62,150 nucleotides of DNA from Vermamoeba vermiformis (lineage: Eukaryota), in the NCBI GenBank assembly GCA_045837725.1, contig JBEWZL010000108.1:62001-124150 (forward strand), written 5' to 3'. The notes under the pieces are model-generated. The model was not told the origin of the DNA, made no database searches, and worked only from the letters and a program-made list of their open reading frames with translations. The position numbers and the translations under genes were made by a program. Shown in pieces: positions 25,299 through 38,355 of this stretch (position 1 is its first letter; each line of letters begins with the position of its first letter).

Positions 25299-25906
25299 AT
25301 GGCTACCCCACAAGGTCTTAAGAAGCCAGTTTGTAAGTTAATCTGCCCGTTGGTCCTTTGACTTGGCGACTCTGTGGCAAGCTTACCAGTGTATTAATTT
25401 GCTTTTATTAGTCTCCAAGGTCGAGAACTTGAAGCCTGGTCAATCCGAGAGATTGAACCTTCGCGCTAAAGTCGAAAAGAGCACCGTTGTGTTGGATAAA
25501 ACTCGCGTGGATGGCAACAAAATCAGAGTCGCTGAAGTTATTATTGGTGACGAGACTGCCTCAATTATCCTTACTGCTAGAAATGGTAAGGATTTTAATC
25601 AGAGCTCCAGTTATTTTATTGCAAAAATATATCGGATTTTCTAAAACAAAATTTTTTGTGCACTCGCAATTTTCTTTGTCTATTTAAAGCCTCATAATAA
25701 TTTTATTAAATTCAGAACAAATTGATTTGCTCAAGCCCGGCTCCGTCGTCGAGGTCAGAAACGTTAAAGTCGAGATGTTCAATGACGCCTTCATGCGCGT
25801 TGTCGTCGACAAATGGGGCAAGATTATTCCCTCTTCTGAACCTGCTAACTTCAACGTGAACTTGGACAACAATTTGTCGAGCGTTGAGTACGAAAGACAA
25901 GATTAG
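25299..25906 (+). CDS. Small OB-fold nucleic-acid-binding protein (SSB/At4g28440-like)
   Basis: Three exons give KVENLKPG..VAEVIIGDETASIILTARNEQIDLLKPG..VRNVKVEMF..MRVVVDKWGKI..NLSSVEYE. Confidence 0.88.
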
Positions 25907-26237
25907 ATCTTCAACAAGCATTACACGGAGGAGAAAACCAATAATTTCATCGACGAACGTCGACATTGTGCATACACGAGTAACAAAGACTCACCAAAGA
26001 GAATATTTAATTTTGTTCGTACAGATTCAACATCTGCTCCTCCAACTTTGAAATTTATCTGTAACGAATAAACCCCGCGCAAAACTGCACAATGCTTTAA
26101 ATTAAACTGCCTTAGTCTTATATTAACATCTACAATACTAACTATCAAGCTGATTGACCGTTTTCGTTAGCAGGGCAGATCCAAAGAATGGATGGACACA
26201 GAGATTATATAACAAAATTTACGGCTTTTTTATTGGT

Positions 26238-26875
26238 TTATTGTTGTTTAGCAGCAGCAGTGGCAACACGACCAGCAATACGATCAAGGTCACGTTGACC
26301 GGCAGAGGTAATTCTTCTACCACCCTTAGGATCCTTCTCGACAACGCCGATCTTCTCTAATTGCTTAAGAACGTGTCTAGCAACAGAGCCTGAGCCCTTA
26401 GTGAAAATAACACCACGGGGACCACGGTGCTTGCCACCACCATAGATCTTTCGGAAGTCACCCAAACCAAGACCGTTTCTGAGGTAAACCTTGCGGGCAA
26501 CAGCGGCTGAATAAATCCAATGAGTAATTGTAATAAATAGATCAAATAATATCATTTATCCGCAAGGAATTGATTAAATTCAGAATAATAGTGCTATCGG
26601 CACGCTGGGGTTGATAAACGACAAACAGATTCGATCGATAAAATAACCAAATAATATATATCCAATAAATCGCGTAACTTACCAGCACGAACGTAAAACC
26701 AGTTGGGATCATAAGGAGCCAATTCCTTGTGAGTACCAGTCTTAACAATATCAACCCAGTTGGGGAGTTGGATCTTGCTGGTCTTCTTCAAGTGAGCAGC
26801 ATAAGTCTTGACAAAAGCTGCAGCAGGAACATCCTTGACTGTAACGGCGCTTCGTGAAGTCTTCTTGGAAGCCAT
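26238..26875 (-). CDS. RPS19: 40S ribosomal protein S19 (eS19)
   Basis: [56 protein letters not shown]. One coding intron, a 5'-UTR intron and a pyrimidine-rich leader near 27165-27195. Confidence 0.98.
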
Positions 26876-27215
26876 CTTCAATAAAATAATTAATATATTT
26901 TTATCATAATCAATTGTTTAGCAAAACAAAAATGTTATAAGCCGTATATATTATTGTCCAATGTTTGTGCATCAATTATTAATTATTATTAAGCCTCCAA
27001 CGCATTATTAATAATTTGTAGATGCTAATCGAGCAAAACATCTAGTCCGCGTTGGTGGTTGCTTTGGCATTCATGCGTCTTCCGTAATTATATTGAATAT
27101 GACCAGCAAACAATCCTCCGATAGATACCTTTTATATATGCTTGCGTGCTAATAAGGTGCCGACGGGGAAGGAAATGAATGCGAGAGGACAAGAATTTTT
27201 GGAGAGGAAGACGCT

Positions 27216-27227
27216 CTCTGATTGGTC
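27216..27227 (-). promoter_or_regulatory. CCAAT box of the RPS19 promoter
   Basis: GACCAATCAGAG on the - strand, just upstream of the pyrimidine-rich leader. Confidence 0.6.
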
Positions 27228-27381
27228 GTTTTTTTTATCAATTTTAATTTAACTTTCATCGTAAGTTGTTACACGACGCGCAAAACGAATGTTACGAATA
27301 TACACGAACCAACAATGCACCTTGCTAAGCAAATTTAGCTTTCAAGCAAACAATGATTAAATCCGCGATGGATCGATCGCG

Positions 27382-29277
27382 TTAGTTCCAGTCGCGCAGC
27401 AAGCCTTTCAATCCCCACCAATTTCGAAGTGCACACTGTTTAGATTCTTGGCAGCGAGGTCATCGTATTTTATCGTCCAGGAGTATGCCTACAAATTGAA
27501 TCCAAATTATTATTTCAAAAAAACCCAAACAAAATCAAAAATAATGATTACCCGACTGCATAACGTATCAAACACGTCGGCACTGATTGTACCGAATAAC
27601 ATTGTGCTCGGGACTTCAGGTTCGTAATCGTCATCTGCATCCTCGTCAGCTTCTTCCTCTTCGCTGTTGAAGCCTGGCATTTCTTCGTAGTCAAACTCTG
27701 GGTACCCGAGGATATGCAGTCCATTTTTCTTTTGGATTCCTTCTTTTGCGTCTAGGAACAATCGATCGTAAGTTGACGTGGGCTTATTCTTTCCGGTGGT
27801 ATGCTTTACCAAAGTATCTACCGCGATGCCACGTTTCTTCATCTGGCTTCATGAAACTCAAATCGAAAAATACTTCGGTGCATGACTCTGGTTTTAGTGG
27901 CTATTTGTACATAATCAGCAATACGTAGGGATAAATCGATAGACGAACAACTTACCATGCCATTGCTACTCAGTAGACCCGTATGATCTCGTGGAGCAAG
28001 CACTGTCATATGTACTGTTTAGATTAGTAGGGCTCAAACTAGTTGCTATTGTTACTTATCTCCGTCGTAATAGACAACCTTCTCGTCTTCAAAAATGTAC
28101 AGCATTCCTGTCGTCCACGGAAGAAGGCCACAAATATCGAACAGTGATACTTCATCGAGTCTAGCCAATCAACACATTTTGATTAGCCAAAGAGCAAGAA
28201 GGACGAGCGCGGCGTACCGTAGTTGTGCGTAGAATTGGAAGGCTTGACCGTTAGCAGAGGGCCATTCAATGGACGGTGGAAGATCAGGAACACCGCCTAG
28301 GCGATTGTTAGTTGGTTTTCCACGAGCCAAATGATGCTCTTACCAATTTTGGAGCAACCAATCGGCATGATCTCATTCTCGACAGTTTTGTCTTTAATGA
28401 CGTAGCCAGTCCCTTCAAAACTGAAAATAGTTCTGTCTTCACGTTCTATCTTATTTTCCGCATCTTCTACGCTGATCGTGAACAGTTCTCGTTTGTCTTT
28501 CTTGGTGGCAAAAGTACGTTCTGAAAGTAAGGGAACGCGTCATTTTTTTTAGTTTGCAACAAAGCTACAATTTTGCTTACTTATTCTATGGTAGACTAGA
28601 GGAAGAATGTCGTTGTATTGCGGCATTAGTTTCTTAATGCGGGTAAAGTAGTCTTGGCATTTGATGTACTTTGGATACTTCTCAGTGTGCTCCTTTATCT
28701 CCTCGTTGAGCCGTTCAAAAGCCTTTTCTATCTTGGTCGAGGCTAGAGATTTCCAGGCCTTGGAGACTAGCACGCAGTATTGATATATTTCACTAATAAA
28801 TATAATCAGAATTTGTCAAAAATAGGCGCGAAGGTCGTACATCAGATCGAGTTTGTCGAAAACCATGCTAACGACTTCTGGCGGGAGATCATGTCCAGTG
28901 GACTCGTAATTTGAGCTATCATGCTCGATTTCATCACCTTCATCTTCGCGATCGATTTTTCGGCGCTTGGCAGGTCTCTCGTCTTCTTCATCCTCTTCAT
29001 CCACAAGCTTTCTTCTTGATCCTCGGCCTCGACGTCTATTTTGTCGGGATTCGCGCATTTTTTGCAATTGGGCGAGCTCTTCGGCTTTTTTTGCTTTAGC
29101 CTTTGTTTCTTCCTGGAAGATCTGATCAACATTGTTAATTTAATCGCATAAAGTAAGTACCTCGATGTTTTTCGGATATTTTGATCTTATTTTTCGCCAT
29201 TGATAAACGAGAGAGGAGCTGATCGGCCGAAAATAATCCTCGTCTTCCACAGATGCGTCTTTTTCTTGGCTGGACAT
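27382..29277 (-). CDS. F-box protein with a C-terminal YwqG/DUF1963-like domain
   Basis: F-box LPPEVVSMVFDKLD..CVLVSKAWKSLA. Then RLGGVPDLPPSIEWPSANGQAFQFYAQLRLDEV..LLPWTTGMLYIF, HILGYP and IKYDDLAAKNL, resembling YwqG-family motifs. Confidence 0.8.
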
Positions 29278-29551
29278 GATGCTTATTACGGAGTAAGTAA
29301 TTTAGTACTAATTTAGTATTAATCAACAATAGGTGTGCTCGTTCAGCTCAAAGAAATTGATAATTGGAAGTGTCACCCTTCTTTTTTTTTCCCTGACAAG
29401 TTTTTGTGTTCGAAGCCCAACGTGATCCAACAATAGTATAATAACAATATAATGGGTGATGTAAGTATCTTCGAAGACAAAAATGGGATCTTGCGTTGTA
29501 GAGAACTCAAATCCCAATACTAATCCGTTCTAAATTTAGAAAGCAGAAGAT

Positions 29552-32500
29552 ATGCAAACGGGCGATGCCCAGGGTCAAGAGTACTCACAAGAAGCATATG
29601 CCCAATATTATCAGCAATATTATCAACAATACGGTCAGTATCCGGGATACGACCAACAAGCCTATGCTCAACAAGGTTATGGGCAATATGGACAATACGG
29701 ACAGCAAGGCTATAATCCTTACGGTACGATTATAATAATTTTCACATGTTATTGAACCAAGTAATAATTTTTCTGAATATTTTTATTACGATCGGAAAAA
29801 GCTTTCTTTTAATTTTAGTGCTTAAATAATATTATAATAATAATAAATAAATATAGGCGGTATGGGCGGCGGTTTTCAAAGAGGAGGCGGCGGTGGTGGT
29901 GCTCCTCCTTCGAATACTTTGTGGGTCGGTAACGTGCATCCAGACACTCAAGATTATGAATTGCGGTATGTATTAATTATTAGCATGATATAATAGCTAG
30001 ATCGCGATTTTATAAACTCGACAGCGGATCTCGTAAGAAACAGATTCCTAGTCTTACAGCACAAGCTCATAATTTAATAAGAAATTCGATTTCATTTCTA
30101 AAATTACATTATTATGAATATATTAAGATAGAGGCCTATAATCACGATTTTAAGAACATTCTTAGCGATCTCTATTCGTGAAATGAACTTTACTTACGTT
30201 TAATTTTCTTCAGCGATGCCTTTGCACCTTACGGCACTGTTGAGGCAGTAAAAATTCTGCGTCACAAACAATGCGCATTTGTTCGCTTTGATTCAATCGA
30301 GACTGCCGGCGCAGCTTTCCAAGCGATGAACGGAGGATACGTCCACGGTCAACAGATTAAGATTGGTTGGGGCAAGGTACGTAGTATATGATTATATTAA
30401 TACCGTGATATATCTTGGCGTTTATCGCAAATGCAGCCTTAGTAATGGTTGACTTCCAAAAAAGGAAATATTTTTATGATCGTTACATGAGCTTACCGAT
30501 TACTTTACAATGATATCAGCTATGTACTTATATATGACTATACTAATACTATTAATATAGTCTGAGGGCGAATTTAAAGGTCGCGATGGAGCCGAAAATT
30601 CATTGCCTCCTAATGCTACAAAAACATTGTGGCTCGGTAATATAGACGAGAACATTACTGAAGATGAGTTGCGTAGAGAGTTTGCGCCCTACGGCAACAT
30701 TCAACACGTGCGCGTGGTGCCTCATAAGAGCTGCGCTTTCGTCAGCTACGACCGCATCGAATCCACTCTCGAAGCTCGTCGCGCAATGCAAGGACGAATG
30801 ATTCGCGGAAAAGCGTTGAAAATTAACTTTGGCAAGGTGAGTATACCGAATTAATGCATATTAAGTGCATTAATATAAGAAAAAAATCATTTTTGTTGTT
30901 TTACTAACGGCGTTTCATTACAGGAGCAGGGTAAGTAAAAAAAAATAAGGCCAGAATATTATTAAATATGGCGAGGAATATTTAAACATATGCATGAAGA
31001 GAATGAGACATATAAGTAGAATAATACAGCGCGGATTTTCTGATCTGAATTTTTTGTTCAGAGGAACGACCAGACCGAGGAGATCGAGGCGACAGAGGTG
31101 ATAGAGGCGACAGATATGGAGGAGGCGATAGACGTGAGGGCGGAGGAGCACCTTCTGCACCTGCCAGACCTTCAGCGCCAACTGATATCCTTTTACAAAA
31201 TATTATTTTATTTTCGCTAACCGCATCCGGATCTAGAATCCCTTGCGAAGCATTTATTTTGATCGATCGTTATTGTCCTTAATGAGTTTATATACATCCC
31301 GAAGAGAAAGGAATTATTGAAAAGATGGCAGATTACGTCGCTAGAAACGGACCGAAGTTTGAAGATCTGTTGAAAGAGAAGCAGAAGGATAATCCCAAGT
31401 TTGGCTTCTTATACGAAGGCAGCAAATACTATGATTACTATAAGTTTAGAATTTATGCATTGAAGAATAACCTTGGCGATGTAAGTATTGAAAATTAATT
31501 TTTTTATTTTTTTTGTCTCGTCAGATCTGCACCAATTTTCATTAACTCTATTATTAATTAGGGCGATACTCTTCCTGCTGCCGCTGCACCTCAACCGACC
31601 CAAGTCCCAGACAATCAAAATGATGGCTATAATCAACCACCACCTGCTATGCAACAATGGCAACAGCCCCAAGCTCAATACAACCAAAGCGCACCTGAGC
31701 CCGAAGAAAAATTCAATATTTATACTCCTATGGACGAAGAAGATATTAAGCAGTTTTCTGCAAGGTTGGATGGTCTTGTTGGTACTAAAGAATCGATTAA
31801 GGTAAGAAACTCGATCTCGAAATCCGCTCAACGAAAATAATTTCCGAGCATTGCTATTAACATTATGATATATCATAACAATACTAATGATCATGTTGTA
31901 TAGGATACCAAGAACTGGATCATGGAGCGATTGTACAAGGCCGCTGATGTAGCTACATTTATGAAGGCCAAGACCGAGCGCGTTAAGGAATTCGTCGCTA
32001 AACTTAACATTATTTACGTCGCCAACGATGTTTTGCATCACGGGTAAGTCTTAATATTAATTTTATTTGAGTTAGTTTGTCGTTACAAATCATGAAATTT
32101 CGTCGCAAAAATAAAATTGATAATTTTTTGTGGCGCGTACTAACCAGGAAAACAGATTGAAACTACGTACTGGCACTCAAAAGGCCGATGGATTCAGCAC
32201 TGCGTTCAAGCCCCATCTTGCTGTTATGTTGCGATCTGCTTACGTAAACGGATTCGATCCTGAAGGCAAGCTGACCGATAAGGACCGCTTAGAGAAGTTA
32301 TCTAAGGTAATATATATACGTTAATATAACGTTGTATAAGCTGTACTAACGATATTTTATCAAGTTGTTGCGCATCTGGCGAGACAAGTCTATCTTCCCT
32401 GCCCACGTGATTGACGACATGGAAGAGGTCGTGAAGGGCAACAAACCTGCCAGTTCATCGAGCACTACGCAGTCCTCGGCCGCGCCATCACAGTCCGCAA

Positions 32501-32920
32501 GCACTTCGTACTCACATCAACAACAGAGCTACGGCCAACAGGGCGGATATGGCGGTCAAAGCTACAACAATCAGCCTCCTCCACCCGAGCCTTCACACTA
32601 CGGCGGTGGTGGTGGCGGTGGATTCCACGCAGTCGTAAGTATTATATATGAGACTAGGTGTCGCCTAGTACCGATCTAATGTATTTGTCATGCAGCCCCC
32701 TCCTCCTTCATTGAACGCTGGTGGCAGATCCGGTCACTCGCAACAAAATATCATGTCAAGTGTCGATGACTTTTTGAGCCGTGAAAAGAGCAAGGTGTCT
32801 CGAGGCGGTAGTTCTTACAGCGATTCTAGATCTGGTGATCGAAAGAGAAAGCGTTCTCATTCACGATCTGATTCGAGATCACCTTCACCGAGCAGAAAGA
32901 GACGAGGCGACCGACGCTAA
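29552..32920 (+). CDS. RNA-processing protein with 2 RRMs, SURP, CID and RS tail (CHERP-like)
   Basis: RRMs NTLWVGN..CAFV and TLWLGN..CAFV. SURP IIEKMADYVARNGPKFE..KDNPKFGFL. CID GTKESIK..NWI..IIYVANDVLHHG. RS-rich C-terminus. Confidence 0.88.
31185..31295 (+). other. U12-type AT-AC intron in the CHERP-like gene
   Basis: 5' ATATCCTTT, branch TCCTTAAT at 31276-31283, 3' TATAC. Removal joins PSAPT-DPEEKGIIEKMADYVARNG in frame. Confidence 0.93.
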
Positions 32921-33055
32921 AAAATTAATACAAAGCAAATTTTAATTATGGATCTGACGTGCTCTCGGATGCACGAAAAAATAAAAACATGTTTTTTCGA
33001 AGTAGAGTTTATTATTAATACATAAGGATACAATACGAGGCAGTGGCGAATTTCG

Positions 33056-35570
33056 TTATAACGTGCCTGACCTAAGTCTTCTTTGGAATTCGTGATCTGG
33101 TTTTGGCACATTTCTATCAATTTCACCAAGCTTAGACAATGCGAAGTATAATCCACCTCTTTGCATTAATTCTTCATGCGTGCCTGACTCGATTATCTGA
33201 CCACGATGCATAGCGTAGATGCACGTAGCTGTTTTGACGGTATGTAATCGATGTGTAATACTGATAGTTGTAACTGCTTGGGAAATCTGTTCTAATGTTT
33301 TCTGTACTTCTTTTTCGCTTTCTGCATTGATAAAAATTAATAATCTGACGCCAAATAATTATGAAAAATATTCTAAAATATTCTAAAATATCGTCTATTA
33401 GCTATTATGGTGCTGGTTCGTATGCGAAAAATTTCTAAAATATTGATAATTATTTAACGTACCATTATCTAGCGCACTCGTCGGTTCGTCAAGCAACAAA
33501 ATCTTCGGTTTTCTGAGCAATGCACGAGCAATACAAATACGTTGTCTTTGACCACCTGATAACTTCACTCCACTTTCACCGCACGGCGTCATATAACCTA
33601 GCGGCAACTCCACAATGAAGCTATGCGCATTGGCAAGCTAATAATAGGTGCGTTAATAATTAGTTTTGAAAAAACAAATGATGGTTGGATCTGGCGACGT
33701 ACTTTAGCAGCGTTTTCGATTTCTTCCATAGTAGCCCGTTCATTGCCCAATGCAATGTTTTCTTTGATAGTGCCCGAGAACAACACCTGTTCTTGCGTCA
33801 CAATGGCCATTTGAGATCGCAGCCACTTCTTGTCCAGCTGATAAATGTCTTTGCCGTCAAATGTCACTTTGCCTCCCGTGACACCTTCGTACAACCGCAA
33901 AATTATACCCAAAACTGTCGATTTGCCTGCACCCGACGAACCAACTACGAATAGGGTTAGTATCAGACCGGCAATGGGAACGGATTTCCAAATAAGGTAA
34001 GTCATGTTATTCCAAATAAGGAAACTTACCCAAAGCGATGTGTTGACCAGGGCCCACATGGAACGAGGCGTTTTTGAGTGCCAAGTTACCTTCATCAGTA
34101 GGATACGAGAACGACACGTCGTTGAATTCAATCTCACCGCGGACATTGGGATCTGGTTCAGCAACGCCGTCTTGGTGCGTCAAGTCATCGATCTTGAGAC
34201 CACCCAACAATTGGTAAGCGTCCTGAGCCAAAGCTTGGTTCTTGATTAAATCAGGAATAAGACCCAACATCTATCGCGCAAGTAGGTTAGTCACGTGCTA
34301 TTATTTCCTAATTTGGAAAAAAGGTACGTACGCCCTGGAGTGCTTGTTGAACCGAGTTAGCACTGAAGTAGACAGTAATAATGTCTTGTCCAGTGGTCTG
34401 GCCGGCAGTCAAATCGTCAAAGGCAATCAAGAAGAAGGCGACTGTGACGCCCTGGTTGACCAGCGCTAATATCAATTGCGTTAGTATTGAGTTTTCGGAT
34501 CCGCAAAAGTGGATCTCGCATCCATTTTTTTTGGACTTCTTACATTGAATGAATGCAACGACTACTTCAATAGTAAGCATATCCTTATAGATTTTCTTCC
34601 ATTTTCTCGTCAAGGCTCTGAATCTACGAGCCACAAAGCCTTCAATAACGTACGCAAAGACGATACGCATGGATCGCACTGTTTCGCCCAAAAATCCACC
34701 TGTAAGAGCTGAAGTCTCTCTAATCATCTTTGCGTTGCGCAAACGATATTTTCTGCTAATTAAAATGATGGCTACTTGAGGGGGAATAACGCAGAGTGCG
34801 ATCAAGGAAAACTTCCAGTTGAGTTTGAAAGCCAAAGCGGTTGAATATACAATTTGAGATAAGGTACCAATCATCTTTTTATATAGGTTAATTTGAGCTA
34901 TTATTTTGAATTTTTAGCGAATACTTACGGTTGGAATAACGAAGATCAAGGCTTCAACTGCAGAAATTCCGTTCATGACTTTAGACAATAGCTGACCGCT
35001 CGGAAATTCGTCATAAAATTCGATCTATAAGATAGTGTTAGTATTTGAAATATGTATAAGGATGACCTGCTGGATGCACCACGATCCGGTACGAAAACGG
35101 ATTTGTACCGACCTTTTTTTGCAATAAGCCTTCCAATGCCAATCTTCGCAAAAATACAGATACATGACGTCTTAAAAATGCAGTAGGCAATACACTGAGT
35201 AGCTGCGAGAGAATATCGAATGAAAGTAGCAACAAAAAGTACGTAAAAAAAGGAGTTTGCTTGAAATCATCGCCAGGCTGTAGAGTTCGAATGACTTCGG
35301 TCATTAAACCGTAAAAATATGCATTAACAGCCGGTAGAGCACCAGTAATTAATTTACCTAAAAATAAAAAATAAAATTCGATTATAACTTTGTATCGGTT
35401 TGTTATTACGTACAGATAATTACGATGGCATATAGACCTCGTTGATGTCTAATTGCTAATTGAAGTACGTCGTTGAAACTTTCGACTCCCTTTCAGATCG
35501 TTAGTCGGACTTTTTCTGTACTCCGCGGCTTATTTATACATACGTTTGGTGAAATCTTAGTGCGCGGCAT
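33056..35570 (-). CDS. ABC transporter, ABCB-type half transporter (TMD-NBD)
   Basis: Walker [11 protein letters not shown]-loop, signature LSGGQRQR, Walker [19 protein letters not shown]-loop. Single N-terminal TMD. Confidence 0.93.
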
Positions 35571-35820
35571 TGTTGCGTCTTCGATTACACTTCCAAACTA
35601 TTCAAATAAAATCTATTTTTGTTTCGTTTGACCAACGCATCCAAACGCGGAAAATTTACTCCTGAAATGAAAGACAACCCTACGAAAGACAATATTCATG
35701 CATATCCACATTATGGAGGCTTAAAAAGGTCTGAAATTTCGTTTAGACTAACGTCTTGTGACTGATCAGATCTGCTACAAATTTTTATTGTACAGCGGAT
35801 CTAATTACAACTTTTTTCTT

Positions 35821-37982
35821 TTACCAAAATCTGAATTGTAATAAGTTCAGATTCGATAGGGCGTATATTCCAAGTACTTGACATACGAAGATAATGCCCC
35901 ACAAAATGATTTCCCATCTCTGCAAGAGCAGATCTTTTCGTAGGTAAAAAATCAACAATAATACAGAAGTCGCTAATACTAAAATAACTTTGAGCAACAA
36001 AAATAGATTAAAAGCGACGATTTGCGAGGGTAGGTTATAGTACAAGGCGTATCTATCACCAAACACTATAATCTCGCAGATAATTGCGCCAAAGGCAATC
36101 GTTCCAAGCACGAAATAAATTACAATTTTGAAGTGCTCCACGTAACTTCCAAATTTGGAAATTTTCTTCGTTTCGGTGAACGGCGCGCATTTGCTTTGAA
36201 CCAACTTGACGATAGTGACGATGCATAGGGCAAGCAAGAATAATGAAGCTAAGCCATCGAATGCTATAAGAACGAGGTTGGTAATCAAATATTGACCCGG
36301 ATCCAGCGCGTAAGAAGTGCTGATCCAACCACTACTCGGCCACATATCAATGTAGAGGAGCTTATCGTCGTCATCAAAATTAACGATCATGAACGTAGTT
36401 TGATTGGTCTGACTCGGATCTAACTGCAATACGACTTGGTTCTTCGTGATGGTAGATGGAGCGGGCAGATCCACTTGATAAAATTGTTGATAGTAGTTGG
36501 CTTGTACTCCACCATTCATAGCTCGGTAAGTAGAAGATCCGAAGATTGTGTTGAACTTTGAAGCGCCATACATGACCGCAGGCACACCTCCGAACTGGTT
36601 ATCATAGAGTTGGTCCAATCTTGAGTCTAATGCAGCAGATCTGGCAAAAGTGACTGGTTGCAGCGCGTACTGGCCGTAGAACTGATCCATAAACGAAACA
36701 AATGCTTCGTGGGAGTATCCTGAAGCTAATTGAATAGGAGTGACGCCAATATAGAAAAATCCTTCCATTGTATCGGGCAAAATCGCAACGTGAGTTGAAA
36801 ATTCGACCATCGATCCGGGATGCGACAAAATTCTTTGACTTCTGTAGGTTTCAGTGAAGAATTGAAGAGCGATACCACCAAAGATGCCAGGAATAAGACC
36901 GGGATAGTACGTAGGAGTATGCATAAGTACGGCTGTTTGTGGATTCTGGAACAAATTGGTTCCGTTTAACAGATGCGCAGTTCTGAAGAACAAAAAGAGT
37001 TATATTATATTAGAAACAATAGTATGATCCTTATATGACTTCGACTTACAAAAATTTGCTCATGTCGCCCAGTGTAACGACAAGATCTCCCGAAGCAAGG
37101 CCTGACACCCCGTAAGGCTCACCTAAGTCTCTAGCATTTGGCGGGAAGCAAACGGTAGCATAGTTATCAGTAGCCATCTCGTAGAAGAACTTTGTACCGG
37201 TCATGCCGAGCGGTTCGAAGATGTGGATGCGCATGTACTCGGCGAGTTTGAGGCCTGTGATTTGTTCTATGACTAAAGCTTGCAACGTAGATCCGAGGTT
37301 TGCATATCCAGCCATCACTCCGGGTTCACGAACGAAAGGAAGAAGTTGTCTTTGAATAAATACTTCGATGTCTTGATTGTAAGGAGATCCAACCTTTAAA
37401 ATAATTTTAAAATTAGTTAAATAATAAGTGCTAACGAATAGGCTTGTTTTCAGAGTTATTAATGCAGCTAATTAATTTTTAAAATTTGATATCCAAATTT
37501 ACCTCGACAAAACTATTGATGATTCGGTTGTCTAAGCCCAATCGGTGCGTCAATAAATGAATAATCTTCAATCGATTGATTCTATCGTCGTTGGCCATAT
37601 TAGCAGCATCTACAATCCAAGGAACGTGCTTTACTACGGCATCTTCAAGATCGAGCATTCCTTTGTCGTATAACTGCATTAAAGCAGTAGCAGTGAACAA
37701 TTTAGTCACACTGCCTACTCTATATGCAGTTTCGGTTGATGGTTCGTGTTGCCATTGGTTGCCATCCAGATCGTAGCATTTGCCATTTATCTTCCAGGCA
37801 GCGTCGCTCGAGTTTTGATCATTGACTTTGAGATATAAAACTGAAGCAGACGAAAGGCTTTCTTGTTCAATATAAGACGTAGAAAAGCCATCGAACCAAG
37901 TATCAATTTGATTTTGATTCGCGGATAGACAAAAGAAAAATAAATAACCAAACGTAAATACAACCGATAATATGTGTTTCAT
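35821..37982 (-). CDS. Signal-peptide serine hydrolase of the beta-lactamase/AmpC-PBP fold with about four C-terminal TM helices
   Basis: YRVGSVTK (SxxK), LLTHRLG, GYANLG (YxN), IFEPLGM and SHPG (HxG). Hydrophobic C-terminal helices. Three exons. Confidence 0.88.
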
Positions 37983-38355
37983 TTTGGTGTTGTTAATACA
38001 TTATAACACGTTGATTGACCGTTATTTATGCCAGCGTTCTTTCAATTTCGTTATTGTAACGCTTGTCGCGGATTGGTCAGAAATCACGCTGATTACAAAC
38101 TTTGCTTAAGGAAACGCAATTTCGTAATTACGTGCGGATAGCTCGTTAGCTTGCGGTTACCTGTTTCACACACAATTCAATTATCGATTTGTTAAATTCG
38201 TGATGATCGGGAAGACTGGCTGAATCCGTAAGCCCTACTCTTTACATTATTGAAAGGAGAATTATTTGTCGTTTGAAACCGAAAATTTTAGTGCCTAATT
38301 TGGGTACTGGTCAATAGCTAATACTAATATAACATAATGCAGCTTCATATTGAAG

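Noticed and set aside
26508-27128. Intronic snoRNAs in RPS19 introns
   Set aside because: Some hairpins and a CTGA are present, but no convincing C/D pair or H/ACA two-hairpin layout could be identified by eye.
33024-33032. GTATCCTT on the - strand as a third U12 donor
   Set aside because: It lies beyond the ABC transporter stop codon, and no matching branch site or acceptor was found.
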